64,000 bases of DNA from Octopus sinensis (lineage: Eukaryota). The translations under genes were made by a program, and so were the position numbers. The notes below the pieces were generated by a model that saw only the letters and a program-made list of their open reading frames with translations, was not told where the DNA came from and did not search any database. Shown piece by piece: positions 50,360-63,267 of this stretch. Within the stretch, counting starts at the first letter, position 1; every line of letters starts with the position of its first letter. Location: the NCBI RefSeq assembly GCF_006345805.1, contig NC_043003.1:106640001-106704000 (forward strand), read 5' to 3'.

Positions 50360-51910
50360 TTAAACTCATGAACTATGAGCCTGCTGGTAATGTCCCTTAA
50401 TCACTTCACTCTTGGTTTTGCCTTTTATTTAGCATGATTACATGTAAAAAGTAGATAACATCATTATCCAGTTAGCATTTTGATGGTATTATATTCTTTT
50501 ACCAATCATCGAAGGTGCCACATGGTGAGATCATACTGAAAACCAAACGGTTACAAAAGACACTTGTTAACCACATGTGGTTTTATATATATATACACTC
50601 ATGCTCTGTATATCACTGAGATGACATCAGAACTAAAATGCAACATAAAACTAACGTTCAATTGCTATAAATGTTCCATTTCAGACAAATGAATACTTCA
50701 GACAAATTCAATACGGCATAATGTAAGTACAATTCTTAACAAAAAAATATCAAAAAATAATAAAAAAATAGACAGCAGTCATCAAGTCTCACATTTTTAT
50801 ATCTATATACCAAAAAAGAAAAGACACCAAGTTAGTATGTGATTTCTCATATTGTTTGATTCCTGCCAATTTTTTTTAAACGTCATCATTTTCCAGGTGA
50901 GCAAATTGTGGTTCTCTACATTTTAATACATTCATATGAATTCTTTTTTATAGCAGCATGCTCCTGTATCTTTATTTTTTTAATTTTTTTTTTATAACAG
51001 CTCAATTATGAATTGGGAACAATGCTTTTTAATTTTCTCACTTTGGTAGGAGTTAAAAGCGCCAAACATAAAAGCATTGTCTGCAACGGAGATTAAATCT
51101 TTGATCTGCAGATTCTGCTTAAAGCAACTTCTCTCATCCCACTTCAGCTAAGTCTAACTCGGAGATACTAGCAATCTTTAAATTGTTAAATACTTCAAAT
51201 AACAGGGAGAGAAAGAGAGAGAGAAAGCTGAACTGAGACTTTATGTTAAATAATTAAGGATTCAGTCAGTATTAGTCAGATATAATGCAAGAGCCTAGTT
51301 CTACAAGGTCGAGGGCAATCGTGTGTTTGTGCATGTATGTGAAAGCTGGGAAAACCTGAATAGGTTAATTATAGCACAGATGTATAGACGACCGTTGATA
51401 AAATTAGAAACAGGGAAACTAATTCATGTGTAGGTGTATGTAGAAGAGAGAAGAGAGGGAAAGACATTTTCACAATTAACTTTACCTTAATAACATTTTC
51501 TCAATTATAAACTTATTTATTACTTAACCTTCAACTACTTTAAGAATAAACAAACTGTCTGCTTTCCATTCTGCAATTCTGAACAACTGAAATATTTCAA
51601 ATAATGGGAAGCACTACATACTATATTATTTAAGAAATGTTGGTAAATGAAAATATTTAAAACGTTTAACCAATGTGTCAATGAATTTTAATATTACACT
51701 GAAAATATGGTGTTGCTGTGAAGTTCATCTTGGTAGTATAGTCTGAGATTTTGGTAAGCCAACTGAGGTACCGAAAAAGACTAATTTCAGGATCATTGTC
51801 TGTTGACAGTTTCCACTTATTCTAAGTCTTTTGTTATGTTGTTTTGCTTAGAACATTCGGTTACATTCCCCAAGAATATACTGAAAGTTTTGGGGAAAAA
51901 CAGGCTTTAA

Positions 51911-52130
51911 CCCTTTCGTTACCAACCTGCGGGAAACTGGTTCTGGCTCTGTAGTATAAATGTCTTGTTTTCATTAGTTTTTCATTAAAATCTTCCATCA
52001 AGCTTTAGTCACAATTTATGTTCCTAACACTAGATTAATGATAACTAAGTTATTTTACTAAATTCTTTGTTATATTTAAAATAATTGAAAGAAATTTTGA
52101 GCATCTCAAAATAAATACAGTAACGAAAAA
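51911..52130 (+). mobile_element. piggyBac-type MITE family 1, right end damaged
   Basis: TTAA|ccctttcgttacc...; terminal ggg missing. Confidence 0.87.
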
Positions 52131-52984
52131 ATGTATAAATATGTCAACGAATAAATCAGCTTCTATGTGGTTGGTCAACCTGCTAAAATAGCAGCAAAAT
52201 TTCCCTTATATCACACACTAGTCATCATCTTGAAAAAAAACATGAATATGAAGTCAAAAATAATGTTTCTTTCCTTTCTTTTTCCTTTCTAGAAAATAAT
52301 TAGACAGGAATGGTTGCTGTGTTTTGGGTAAAAAGAATTCATAAAATATTTTGGTAGATTCCAGTAAAGCTAAAGTATTAAGTTCAAACAATGTAATAAA
52401 TAATATTTCAGGAAGTTCAAGGAAGCGTTTTGCATATTTTCCATAACATGGTAATAAAATAGGTTCTAGTTATAGAACTCCCAATGTGAGGAAGGGATTC
52501 TATGAAGGGTAGTCATAAAAATGGAACTTTTAAAGGGTGAGGTATTTAAGGTATCGTATACGGAAAGGGGTGGAATCTGGTGGATTTGCAGGCAGAGAAA
52601 GAGAAATCCAATATCTTACTTGACTGGCATCAGATTCAAGACACAGCAATGAATAGTAACCAACAGACGAAGAAATTAGAAGGTCTCACAAGAGATTTGC
52701 TACAGGTGCAGAATAGGAAGACCTGGGCTCTAACATCCATAGAATCATCGGTTTATGGTTGTTTCTCCATGCTTGTATGGATCTGATATTAATAATTTTT
52801 GTTATAAAACACAGAAAGATAAAAAAATTCTATTTAAGCCAAAATGTTTAAGAAAAACAAAAAAAAGAATTCATCATCTTCATCGTGTAATGTCAGCCTT
52901 CCTCACTGGCATGGGTTGGATGGTCTGACAGGAGTTGTGGCCAGCTGAAGAGGCTGTCTGGGTTCCATTTTCTTTTCTTTTCTT

Positions 52985-53346
52985 TTCTTTTATTCTTTTA
53001 CTTGTTTCAGTCATTTGACTGTGGCCATGCTGGAGCACCGCCTTTAGTCGAGCAAATCGACCCCGGGACTTATTCTTTATAAGCCTAGTACTTATTCTAT
53101 CAGTCTCTTTTGCCGAACTGCTAAGTTATGGGGACATAAACACACACCAGCATCGGTTGTCAAGCGATGTTGGACACACACACACACGACAGGCTTCTTT
53201 CAGTTTCCGTCTGCCAAATCCACTCACAAGGCTTTGGTTGGCCCAAGGCTATAGTAGAAGACATTCGCCCAAGTTGCCACGCAGTGGGACTGAACCCAGA
53301 ACCATGTGGTTGGTAAGCAAGCTACTTACCACACAGCCACTCCTGG
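52985..53346 (-). mobile_element. SINE family A copy
   Basis: Colinear, short central deletion. Confidence 0.92.
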
Positions 53347-54455
53347 CATGCTTTCTATGGCTGGATGCCCTTCCTAACACCAACAACTTTACAGAGCGTA
53401 CTGGATGCTTTTAAGCAGTGCTGGCCCAGGTACTTTTACATGGTACCAGCACAGGGGCTTTTTACATTAATTTTGTAGTGTCTTGGGAGGGTCATTATGC
53501 CAATAAAACAAGATTTGTTTCAACACATGAATTCACATCAAGAATCTTGAAGAGAAATATATTAATCCTTTACTTATGGTTACTGATAATAGATCTTTTT
53601 GGTTTTCCTTCCAAAGGGAAAACTACATTCTATTCTTTAGTATTCTTGTAGAAGGAGATGCTGCAAATTGCATTCATACCACACGGTTGTTTGATTACGT
53701 ATAAAAAGAGTATTCAACAGTAAAACAAATTTTTCTAACAAAATAAGAAGAAAAAAATTCCCAGCCATTCAAGCAAAGAAGAATTAATGAAAAACATAAA
53801 ACAGTGTTGAATAAACTTTATGTATTTAATTAAAATCTTAGGCAATGTCTTACTGAACAGCCTTATGATCAAAAGGTCTCTCAGCCATGACCATCTGGTC
53901 AACTCTTTTCAGACATTAATATTATGCCATCCAATATGTCCTTCAGTTTTGTTTTCAAATTAGTAGAGCATAAATTGAAGATCTGGCTGTTATTTCTAGC
54001 ATATCAAGCAGCTCTCAAGAGTCTACTTTATTTAACTCCTGATTTTTCAAGTTTTCTTACTACTTAAGCAAAAAAAAAAATTTCTAGAAATTTATTATCA
54101 GTTTTACTTCTACCTTTCTATGTTGGCATGGATCGGACGGTTTTCTGAATATCGACACCCTTCTTGCCTCCAACCTTTTTAGTCACCTCTTATGACACAT
54201 AAGGGTACAGTGTACTCATTCCTAAAATGGAATACTGGTAGTAAGATAGGCATTTTAGAGTTATGGCAGCTACAAGAGAGAATCCTTATCTTAAAATGGT
54301 ATTGTCAGGTACAGACAGTCTACTTCATCACAAGCTATTACTTTATCATGCCTACAATTTATAATTATGGAGATTTCAGTAGATTTTAATTGAAATAATA
54401 GAAATATTAAAATTACTAAGTCTCTCTGAAGGAGATTACAGCAGCGTTACTGGAT

Positions 54456-54666
54456 ATTAATAGTTATCGCCATACTAATATGGCAGTCTAAATATAAGAC
54501 TAAAGCTGTCACTGATTAGCTCCAAGAGGCCACCACCTCTAGCTAGCTATATGACACACGAACCTGCGTCCATTACAAGCTAGGGGCGGTGGCCTCTTGG
54601 AGCTAATCAGTGACAGCTTTAGTCTTATATTTAGACTGCCATATTAGTATGGCGATAACTATTAAT
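54456..54666. mobile_element. 211-bp fold-back palindrome related to the 17.3 and 35.2 kb elements
   Basis: 79-bp perfect arms plus 10 bp with 2 mismatches; 33-nt loop. Confidence 0.85.
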
Positions 54667-56179
54667 TGAAATAGTTATCCTTTATTAGTAATTCCTAGCT
54701 TATTAAAAGGAAATAGTACCAATATCTTAAATTACTGTTTCTCATTTTCAGTCACGAAATTGGTAGGAAATTGATAGTGTTTGCTTAAATCAACTCAGAA
54801 GAGAGAGGGGGAATAAAAGGGGGGAGGTGCATGCTGATGGAGGACCAAAGACTTAACACAAAAATCACGACAGGGCCATGATTGTGGGCGTCAGGCACAG
54901 GTCGACACAGGCTGCGATCGTGGCCCAGATAGATGCATTTAATTTATGGACGTTTGTTGGGGGTCTAATGTCACTTAAATGCTCTGATACCCCCCAGAAT
55001 ACAAGAGGACTAAAAGTTCAACTAATGACTTTTCAGATGATGTAAAACTTACCACCATTATATACTAAGAAGATATTTTAACTATTTTGGGGTTTTTTTT
55101 GTATGTGCATAGTAGTCTCATTTTCATAAAAATTTGCTCAGCAGTCCCTTCTATGTAAGAGCAAATCCCAGTGCTTTACGGGTTAATACTTCAAATGGAC
55201 TCTTATTACAGGTTCTCGTTTTCAATAAAGGACTCTCCCTAAAATGTCAAGTTATCTCACATTACACTAACAGACATCTCTTCTGTTCCTTATTTGGTTT
55301 TTTTGTACAATGCTCTTAATTTTTGTGTATCAAACAAACACGATCAAACATACCCTAGTTCTGACCATTGTCTTTCTCTTAGTGGGAAAGAGAGAGGAGC
55401 AACTTAATCCATTTCTAGTAGACCAAGCAAGCACGTAAAACTGTAGGGTTGTCATTTTAGACACTTTGTTTGCATTTCTGTAACCCCCTAGTAAAATTTA
55501 CAACTGTTTTTAAATCCTGAATATATTTTATTTATTAATGAAAATTATTACTAAATTCAGAGATAATCCTTGACAAGTTTTACATGTATTCCAGCTTTAG
55601 AAGAGGGGCTCAATAACCCTGCATGTTGTAAAAGATGATTAAAAGGGTTAGTAACACAAAACACTATCTCAGGAGAACCCAATCAATCCATGCCAGCATA
55701 AAAAAGCTAAAGCAAAATGAATCTTTGATCGGCCAATTCCAGTATGGTTATAGTAAAAACTGATCCTGCAGGTATTCTTCCTGGCTGGATATTTATAATT
55801 TAGCATTGATAGGAATGTTTGCCAGTCTTTAATTTCTACTTTAAAGTGACTGATTTCTTCAGAAGTCTCCAGAACAGTTGAATAAATTATAAGCTAGATC
55901 AAGTTCAGCAAGTCTGAAATTAATCTGGCTCATAATTTCAATTAATGACAAACATGACAGAAAAACCAAAATAAATTAGAAATTGAAGTTTGTACTCTTC
56001 TGTAAAACATTGCCACAGTTTATCAAGTTGTTCGGAATAGGTTAGAGACCATAGTCCATTTCCAAGACAGCATTTCTTATTTCATACCATGTCACTGGCC
56101 CTTAAAAGCATCTTAGAGCTTAAGAGACATTCACACGCGTGATGAGGAGGAGGGTGATATATATTGATTTTAGCATCCA

Positions 56180-56448
56180 CTGCCCTTATATCAACACCAA
56201 CAGCCGCAATTGCAAAATGGGTGAAGAAACGGGGAGAACACGTGCTGTTGGAGTGCCCAGCTAACCATCCGTCAATCCGCGGTCAGCTGACAGACCCCGA
56301 TGCGATTGCGAAGGAGCCCAGACTGGCATTCAAGGTGTGGGGGAAATGGCTGAAGATGGTGGAGAAGCAGATGGTGATTGAGGAGTAGCACTAACCAACT
56401 ATCCAGCCAGTAGTTGCTAAACAACAACAACACCAACAACAATAATAA
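56180..56448 (+). mobile_element. 5'-truncated LINE 3' end (I/R1-group-like) with zinc-knuckle remnant and (CAA)n tail
   Basis: SRNCKMGEETGEHVLLECPA (CX2C..H..C remnant, frameshifted) then aacaacaacaccaacaacaataataat. Confidence 0.72.
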
Positions 56449-56969
56449 TCTGGCAGGATGTCTACTCACATCGACAACCATCACTGTAATTCTCAAGGAC
56501 AGCAATGAAAATCTCAGTACTCTAATAAACACTTTGATCTTCTGACAAAAATATCACCAAAAATGAAGTTGAAAACCCACCAAACTACAAGGAATTTGAA
56601 ATGGAAACAAACAACATGTAGGGCATGAAAGTGAAGCTACTCTCACAATTGGGGTTCTTGGTTGGATAAACAAGAAAATGAAACATGAACCAAGCCATGG
56701 GGAAAAGAAAACAAAAAAGAAACAAGGTATGGTAACATGGTTCCAGGTTCAGTCCCACTGCATGGCACCTTGGGCAAGTGTCTTCTACTATATAGCCTCA
56801 GACTGACAAAAGTCTTGTGAGTGGATTTAAAAAAAGTCCTGGGATTGATTCCTTTAACTAAAGAACTCCTTCAAGATGCTGCCCCAGCATGGTCACAGTC
56901 TAATGACAGAACAAGTAAAAGATAAATCAAGGCCAAGGTTCACAGTTCTCTACACAACCTACGAAACAG

Positions 56970-57225
56970 CCTCGTTAAGGACAGACTACATCCTACACAA
57001 GACACTTTCCATTCAATAGTACAACTCACACAGCACATACCCTACATAATCACCAGCCATCAAATTAACATATACTGTTACATAATCGACACCCAACACT
57101 AACACACCTCACACACAATCAACAGCTTGCAAAACTCCTTTACCACCTACGTCTCACAAAGCAGCACATATTATTCTACACAATCAGCAAGCAACAAAAT
57201 AACACAACCCCCATAGCACATATAC
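56970..57225 (+). mobile_element. Possible decayed LINE fragment
   Basis: C/A-rich composition and weak protein resemblance only. Confidence 0.35.
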
Positions 57226-57229
57226 TATG

Positions 57230-57525
57230 ATAAATGTCGCCCTTTTCAAGCCTGGCCCGGTCTCCCGGTTTCTGTGGCATATATGTTCCCCGCAGCTGGA
57301 CGGGACACCAGTCCATCGCAGCGTTACTCAAGAAACAGGAAGAGAGAGTGAGAGAAAGTTGTGGCGAAAGAGTACAACAGAGGTCACCCCACCCCCTTGC
57401 AAGAGCCTCGTGGAGCTTTTAGGTGTTTTCACTCAATAAACACACACAACACCCGGTCTGGGAATCGAAACTGCGATCCTCCAACCGCGAGTCTGCTGCC
57501 CTAACCACTGGGCCATTGCGCCTCC
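57230..57525 (-). mobile_element. Chimeric SINE: family C head and body with family D V-like tail
   Basis: Junction cgttactca|agaaacagg at 57330/57331. Confidence 0.85.
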
Positions 57526-57673
57526 TGCACATATACTACACAGAAATCAAAACACTGAAGGAACACCAGAAACAACAAAGTGAAATAGATGTACCTAAAA
57601 AAAAACCCGACCCTAAACATCTTCCCAAAGGAAAAAAAAAACAACCAAATTATGCAGCATCCTCCCTTTAAAA

Positions 57674-57992
57674 CACAGGTTCTCAAAATGGATACTATTG
57701 TCCCCCCCTCCCCGGTGGGCGTTGAGATGGTCCAGATGGCTGCTGGTGCTTAAGGGGGCAGTAGAGAAAAAGGAGGCGTTAGGAGAAAGGTAGTGAAGTG
57801 GGGGACGCTATGAATTTATATTATAGTTATTGTATACAAATTATATAATATATTAAATATCAAATAATTCATAGTATATGTAAATTAATAAAATACAAAA
57901 TATTTTATTTATACATAAAAATAGGGGTGGGGTGCTGAGGGTATTGTGTGGCCATGAGCGGGGCAGTGGCCCAATGGATTTGAGAACCTCTG
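57674..57992. mobile_element. hAT-type MITE (319 bp)
   Basis: TIRs cacaggttctcaaa and tttgagaacctctg; 8-bp TSD ctttaaaa/ctttagaa. Confidence 0.82.
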
Positions 57993-58179
57993 CTTTAGAA
58001 AATGAAAAGTGTAGGAAAGGATGGAGTGGAAATTATCATGAAGCATAAAAACACAAATTTTGTTGTCATGCTTTTCTAATCAAAAGGTAGCACTGTGGGT
58101 TTTAATCAAAATTAATATATTAAATAATCTACATCCTGCTAATTTTAATCTGAACTTAATCTGTTTATTACTATATATA

Positions 58180-58375
58180 TACTCTTTTGCTTGTTTCAGT
58201 CATTTGACTGCGGCCATGCTGGAGCACCGCCTTTAATCGAGCAACTCGACCCTGGGACTTATTCTTTTGTAAGCCCAGTACTTATTCTATCGGTCTCTTT
58301 TGCCGAACCGCTAAGTGACGGGGACGTAAACACACCAGCATCGGTTGTCAAGCAATGCTAGGGGGACAAACACAG

Positions 58376-58424
<49 letters not shown>

Positions 58425-58589
58425 TACAACAAGTTTCTTTCAGTTTCCGTCTATCAAATCCACTCATAAGGCATTGGTCGGCCCGGGGCTATAGCAGAAG
58501 ACTCTTGCCCAAGATGCCATGCAGTGGGACTGAACCAGGAACCATGTGGTTGGTTAGCAAGCTACTTACCACACAGCCACTCCTGCGCC
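58180..58589 (-). mobile_element. SINE family A, young subfamily, full length
   Basis: Diagnostic sequence as above. Confidence 0.95.
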
Positions 58590-58912
58590 TAACTGACAGT
58601 TTTCATCATCATTTTAATATTCCCTTTTCCATACGAGCATGGGTCAGACAGAATTTATTGACGCAGATTTTCTATGGCCAGATGCCTTCCCTGTTGCTAA
58701 CCCTCACTTGTTTCCAAGTGAAGTGATATTTCCCCCATGACCAGACATGAACAACATTCATTTTTAACAATCATGCAATACAAAAAGAAGGGGACACACG
58801 CATGCATGCACACAAGAAAAAATAAAATAAACAGGCTTCTTTCAATTTCCGTCTCTCAAATCCACTGATAAGGCTGTGGTTGGCCTGGCGATATACTAGG
58901 TGCCATATAAAA

Positions 58913-59143
58913 GGCGGAGAGCTGGCAGAAACGTTAGCACGTCGGGCGAAATGCTTAGCGGTATTTCATCTGCCGTTACGTTGTGAGTTCAAATTCCGCC
59001 GAGGTCGACTTTGCCTTTCATCCTTTCGGGATCGATAAATTAAGTACCAGTTACACAATGGGGTCGATGTAATCGACTTAATACCTATGTCTGTCCTTGT
59101 TTGTCCCCTCTGTGTTTAGCCCCTTGTGGGTAATAAAGAAATA
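58913..59143 (+). mobile_element. SINE family B nested in an old family A remnant
   Basis: 17-bp TSD gatatactaggtgccat at 58890-58906 and 59144-59160. Confidence 0.94.
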
Positions 59144-59299
59144 GATATACTAGGTGCCATGCGGTGGGACTGAACCTGGAATCATGTGGTTGTGAAGCAA
59201 ACTTCTGACCACAGAGCAGTGTCTTTCTTCTCACTCAATGAATCATGTTGTTTTCACCTCTGATCACCTGCAGAAGAAACCTCTACAAATTGCATGTGT

Positions 59300-59580
59300 G
59301 ACCCTAGAACTACACTCATATTTGGGACAAGGTTGTCTCTTCTGCAAACTGCAACCTATAGTTTTATTCAACTGATTAACATAGATTCACTCAGTCGTCC
59401 TCAGGCTGCAACCACTGGATTGCAGATGCACTCCCTGTTTCCACGATCTGCATCGTCTGCCACTGCTACATCAGTTTCTGTTCCTCTGAAATGGCTCGCT
59501 GCAGTTGCATCCAGAACCACCAATCGAGGCCATCAGAGGCCTTGCATGAAACACTTTAATTCTTTCTCTCTAGAATTACA
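59300..59580 (+). pseudogene. LINE (Jockey/CR1-group) ORF2 C-terminal fragment
   Basis: Across frames: YTHIWD, LINIDSL, ICIVCHCYISFCSSEMARC (resembles ...FYRY...CSSELA). Confidence 0.65.
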
Positions 59581-60479
59581 AGCCTCCAGAAATCCACACC
59601 CAGTTCTTTATTGGTTATTGAACAGCGGTCATGCTGGAGCACTCAGTATTTTTGTTCTTTTTTTTCAAGCCTGGTACTTGTTTAGTCTTTTTTGCTGAAC
59701 AACTAATTGCTAATTTTCAGCAATGTAAACAAACCAACACCAGATGTCAATCAATGAGGAGTGACAAACACACACGTCTGTATGTGTGCGTGTGATGGGC
59801 TTTCAGACAGTCTCCATCAATCAAATTCTCTCACAAGGCATTGGTTGGCCCAGGGCCATGGTACTTGCTCAAAGTAAACCTGAAACCATATGGTTGCAAA
59901 GAGAACATCTTAACCACACAGCCACATCTACACTTATGTCAAACATTTATTTATTTATCATTCCACCCCACCACTCCACCTCACCACTTCCTTTTTTTTT
60001 TTTAAAGCAAATTTCAACCTACAAATAAAATATCAATCTCATCAGTTTTGAAGGGTCTGCAAACGTAATAGGCACTGCCCCCAATTCCTTCTGACTTGGC
60101 CCAGGAAAACATAAATATGTACACTTAAGAGATTAACAAACTGTATTTCCAACCAAAGCAATAACTATCAGTAACATTTAAAATAAAATTTAAAAAAACG
60201 TGCACAAACAAACAGAAAAAAAAGGGGGGTAGAGAAAAATGAAGTTAATATGATAGCAGAACCCTTAACTCAGACGAGGTTCCTTAACTACATATCGCTA
60301 CTTCACATCTAATTTAATTTAAAAACAAAAAATGCTTGGCATTCCTATAAAATAAACATCTTTATAGAGTTTGTTTGTTTTTTAATAATTTTTTTTAATA
60401 AAAAAATAATTCAAGCTGATTTGACAACACTAAAAATTCTTTGGAAGTATTATCTAGGAACTTAGCAGCTATTACCATT

Positions 60480-60485
60480 ACCACC

Positions 60486-60526
<41 letters not shown>

Positions 60527-60550
60527 CACCACTACTACTACTACTACTAC
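60480..60550. repeat. Compound (CCA)n/(CTA)n trinucleotide repeat
   Basis: Direct reading. Confidence 0.92.
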
Positions 60551-60739
60551 TGGTGGCAGTGCACTGCTTCTAAATCCAGTCCATTAAGAACCCACATGAC
60601 CTCAATTACCATCTCCCACACCACCACAATGGTTAGGAAGAGGGTAGTATCACTAGTATTTCTTGTAATAGTCTCTCTTTAGTGTCTCTCTGGACATTTT
60701 CTTCTTTATAACCTCGACAATGTTTTACGGATTCTTAAC

Positions 60740-61030
60740 TGGCGCTTTGTCGGTTACGACAACGAGGGTTCCAGCTGATCCAATCAACAGAACAGCTTGC
60801 TCATGAGATTAATGTGCAAGTGGCTGAGGACACCACAGACACATACCCTTAACCCTTTTGTTACCATATTCCTGTTGAGATGCATTTCTTTCATTTACTT
60901 TTAAATATAACAAAGAATTTAGTAAAATAACTTAGTTATCATTCAGCTAGTGTTAGGAGCATAAATTGTGACTAAGGTTTGGTGGAAGATTTTCCTTCAG
61001 AACTTATGAAAACAAGACATTTGTACTACA
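60740..61030 (-). mobile_element. Family C SINE 3' part interrupted at its TTAA by a partial piggyBac MITE (from about 60853)
   Basis: ...cagacacataccc TTAA|cccttttgttacc...; MITE body in reverse. Confidence 0.8.
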
Positions 61031-61071
61031 GTATTTCAGCTGTTTATACCATATGAGTGTTTACAATAGCA

Positions 61072-61258
61072 TAGAGGTGCAATGGCCCAGTGGTTAGGGC
61101 AGCAGACTCACGGTTGTAGGACTGCAGTTTCAGTTCTCAGACCAGGCATTGTGAGTGTTTATTAAGCAAAAACACGAGGGTAGTGGGATCCCTGCTGTAC
61201 TCTTTCACCACAACTTTCTCTCACTCTTTCTTCCTGTTTCTGTTGGACCTGCATTTTT
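61072..61258 (+). mobile_element. Family C SINE 5' half
   Basis: Head gaggtgcaatggcccagtggttagggc. Confidence 0.85.
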
Positions 61259-61584
61259 CAAATATTAGAATTAATATTTGAAAAATTTACTCCGTGATCA
61301 AAACTGCATTCACTGCAGAATATGTCTCGACTTACTACACAGGGTTGTAAAAGAAAGATGTGAATTCTACTTTGCTGTATATTTCTGTGAGTGTGGACAG
61401 ACAGTGGTTGTGTGACGATATTGCTCGCATACATATTTGTGGATACTCGTAAATTTATACTATGAAATACTGTCGCTGATGAGAGCAGTAAGTAATTTTT
61501 TTTCTACTCTAAGCTTGAAACAGGATCTTGTACATGGTTAACCAAAAGTTTAGCTATGTTGGTGGGTGGGGGCAAACATAGGTA

Positions 61585-62290
61585 CACAAACACATGCACA
61601 CACACGTACATATATACGACGGGCTTCTTTCAGTTTCCGTCTACCAAATCCACTCCAGCCTGAGGCTATAGTAGAAGACACTTGCCCAAGGTGCCACACA
61701 GTGGGATTGAACACAGAACCATGTGGTTGGTAAGCAAGCTACTTACCACACAGCCACTCCTGCACCTATATATATATGATGGACTTTTCCGTTATTAGAC
61801 AACATATGAAAGTTCGACAATTTCTTACCAAACAACCTCACAGATCATTTGTTTATAGAGATCAAATGTTTGTGGAGACATAAGCTCACTCCCTCCATCA
61901 AATCAACATTACCTGTACAGGTGCACCATGTGCCACATGTAAGATGACGAAATGATCGCAGAGCAACAGGAAATGAAGTGCTTTGCTCAAGAACACAACG
62001 CAACACCTGCTTTGGGAATCGAACCCACAATCACGCAATCATGAGTGCAACACTCCCTAACCACTGAGCCATGTGCCTTCACACATATATGTGCATGCTC
62101 AGGCATGGCTGTGTAGTTAAGAAGTTTGCTTCCCAACCAAATAGTCTTGGTTCAGTTCCACTGCGTGGCATCTTGGGTAAGCGTCGTCTACTATAGTCCT
62201 GGACCAATGAAAACCTTGTGAGTTGATGAGGTAGACAGAAACATGAGTGTGGATGTGTGTGTGTATATAATGGTGTTACCTTGTGTTGAC
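61585..62290. mobile_element. Cluster of SINE pieces: family A (-) 61585-61768, family D (-) 61840-62085, family A (+) 62098-62290
   Basis: Matches to families defined above. Confidence 0.8.
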
Positions 62291-62924
62291 ATTGGATAAC
62301 TGGTGTAAGTGAAGACTACTAATTTCCAATGTTCCATGAAAACATGTCTGGCCACGAGGAAATATTACTCTGCTCAGAAACAGGAAGGGCAACCAGGTAT
62401 AGTAAACCTGCCCTAATAATTTCTGACCCATGCATAGAAAAGTGGATTTTTAAACAATGGTGATGAGAAAAAAGAAAAAATTGTGTAGATTCTGTTAGTG
62501 AGAAGAGAAAAATGTATTTCTGATGCAGTCGTCATCATAAGGTCTTGGCTATCTACATTCTCACACTGCAAGTTTGAGAAAAATTTCGAACCCACTGGTG
62601 GGCTTGAACTTCAAGACCGAAACCTTCAAGTCTACATACATCACTGGAGAAAAAGCAGTATTTCAAAGAGTGACATGTATGGAAGAAGATGAAGAGTGAA
62701 CACAAATGAACTTCATTTTTTACAATTATTTCGGTAATTTTACATGTGTGTGAACAGTCACACAATATGTGGGTGTGGTTAAGCATATCAGGGTAGCATT
62801 AAGGTGTACATCTTTGCCTTGTACAAAGAATATATATTTTGTGTTGCTTATGTAAAAGGTGGGAACATAGCAAAGAGTAAAAAAAAAAAAAAATGAAAAA
62901 TGGTTAAAAAAAACACAAGGCGCA

Positions 62925-63112
62925 AAAATTTTAAGGAAGGGGCCAGTCGATTAGATCGACACCAGTACGCAACTGGTACTTAATTTATCGATCCCAAAAG
63001 GATGAAAGGCAAAGTCGACCTCAGCAGAATTTGAACTCAGAATGTAAAGACAGACGAAATACCGCTAAGCATGTCACCCAGAGTGCTAACATTTTTGCCA
63101 GTTCACCGCCTT
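62925..63112 (-). mobile_element. SINE family B variant
   Basis: Nin/Deu-like domain with alternative tail. Confidence 0.87.
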
Positions 63113-63267
63113 GAACAATGATAAAATAAAACACAATGCCAATAATAATAAAACTAATTTCCGCGGTACAAGTGGAATTGATAAGAGAGAGGCCTGTAAT
63201 AAATCACAAATGTAAATAGTGGTAGATTTTGAAAATGTTACTTCCTGCCCCTTGATGATAAAAATAT

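Noticed and set aside
59294-59698. 134-aa ORF as a host gene
   Set aside because: Other frames show LINE C-terminal motifs and the ORF runs into a SINE.
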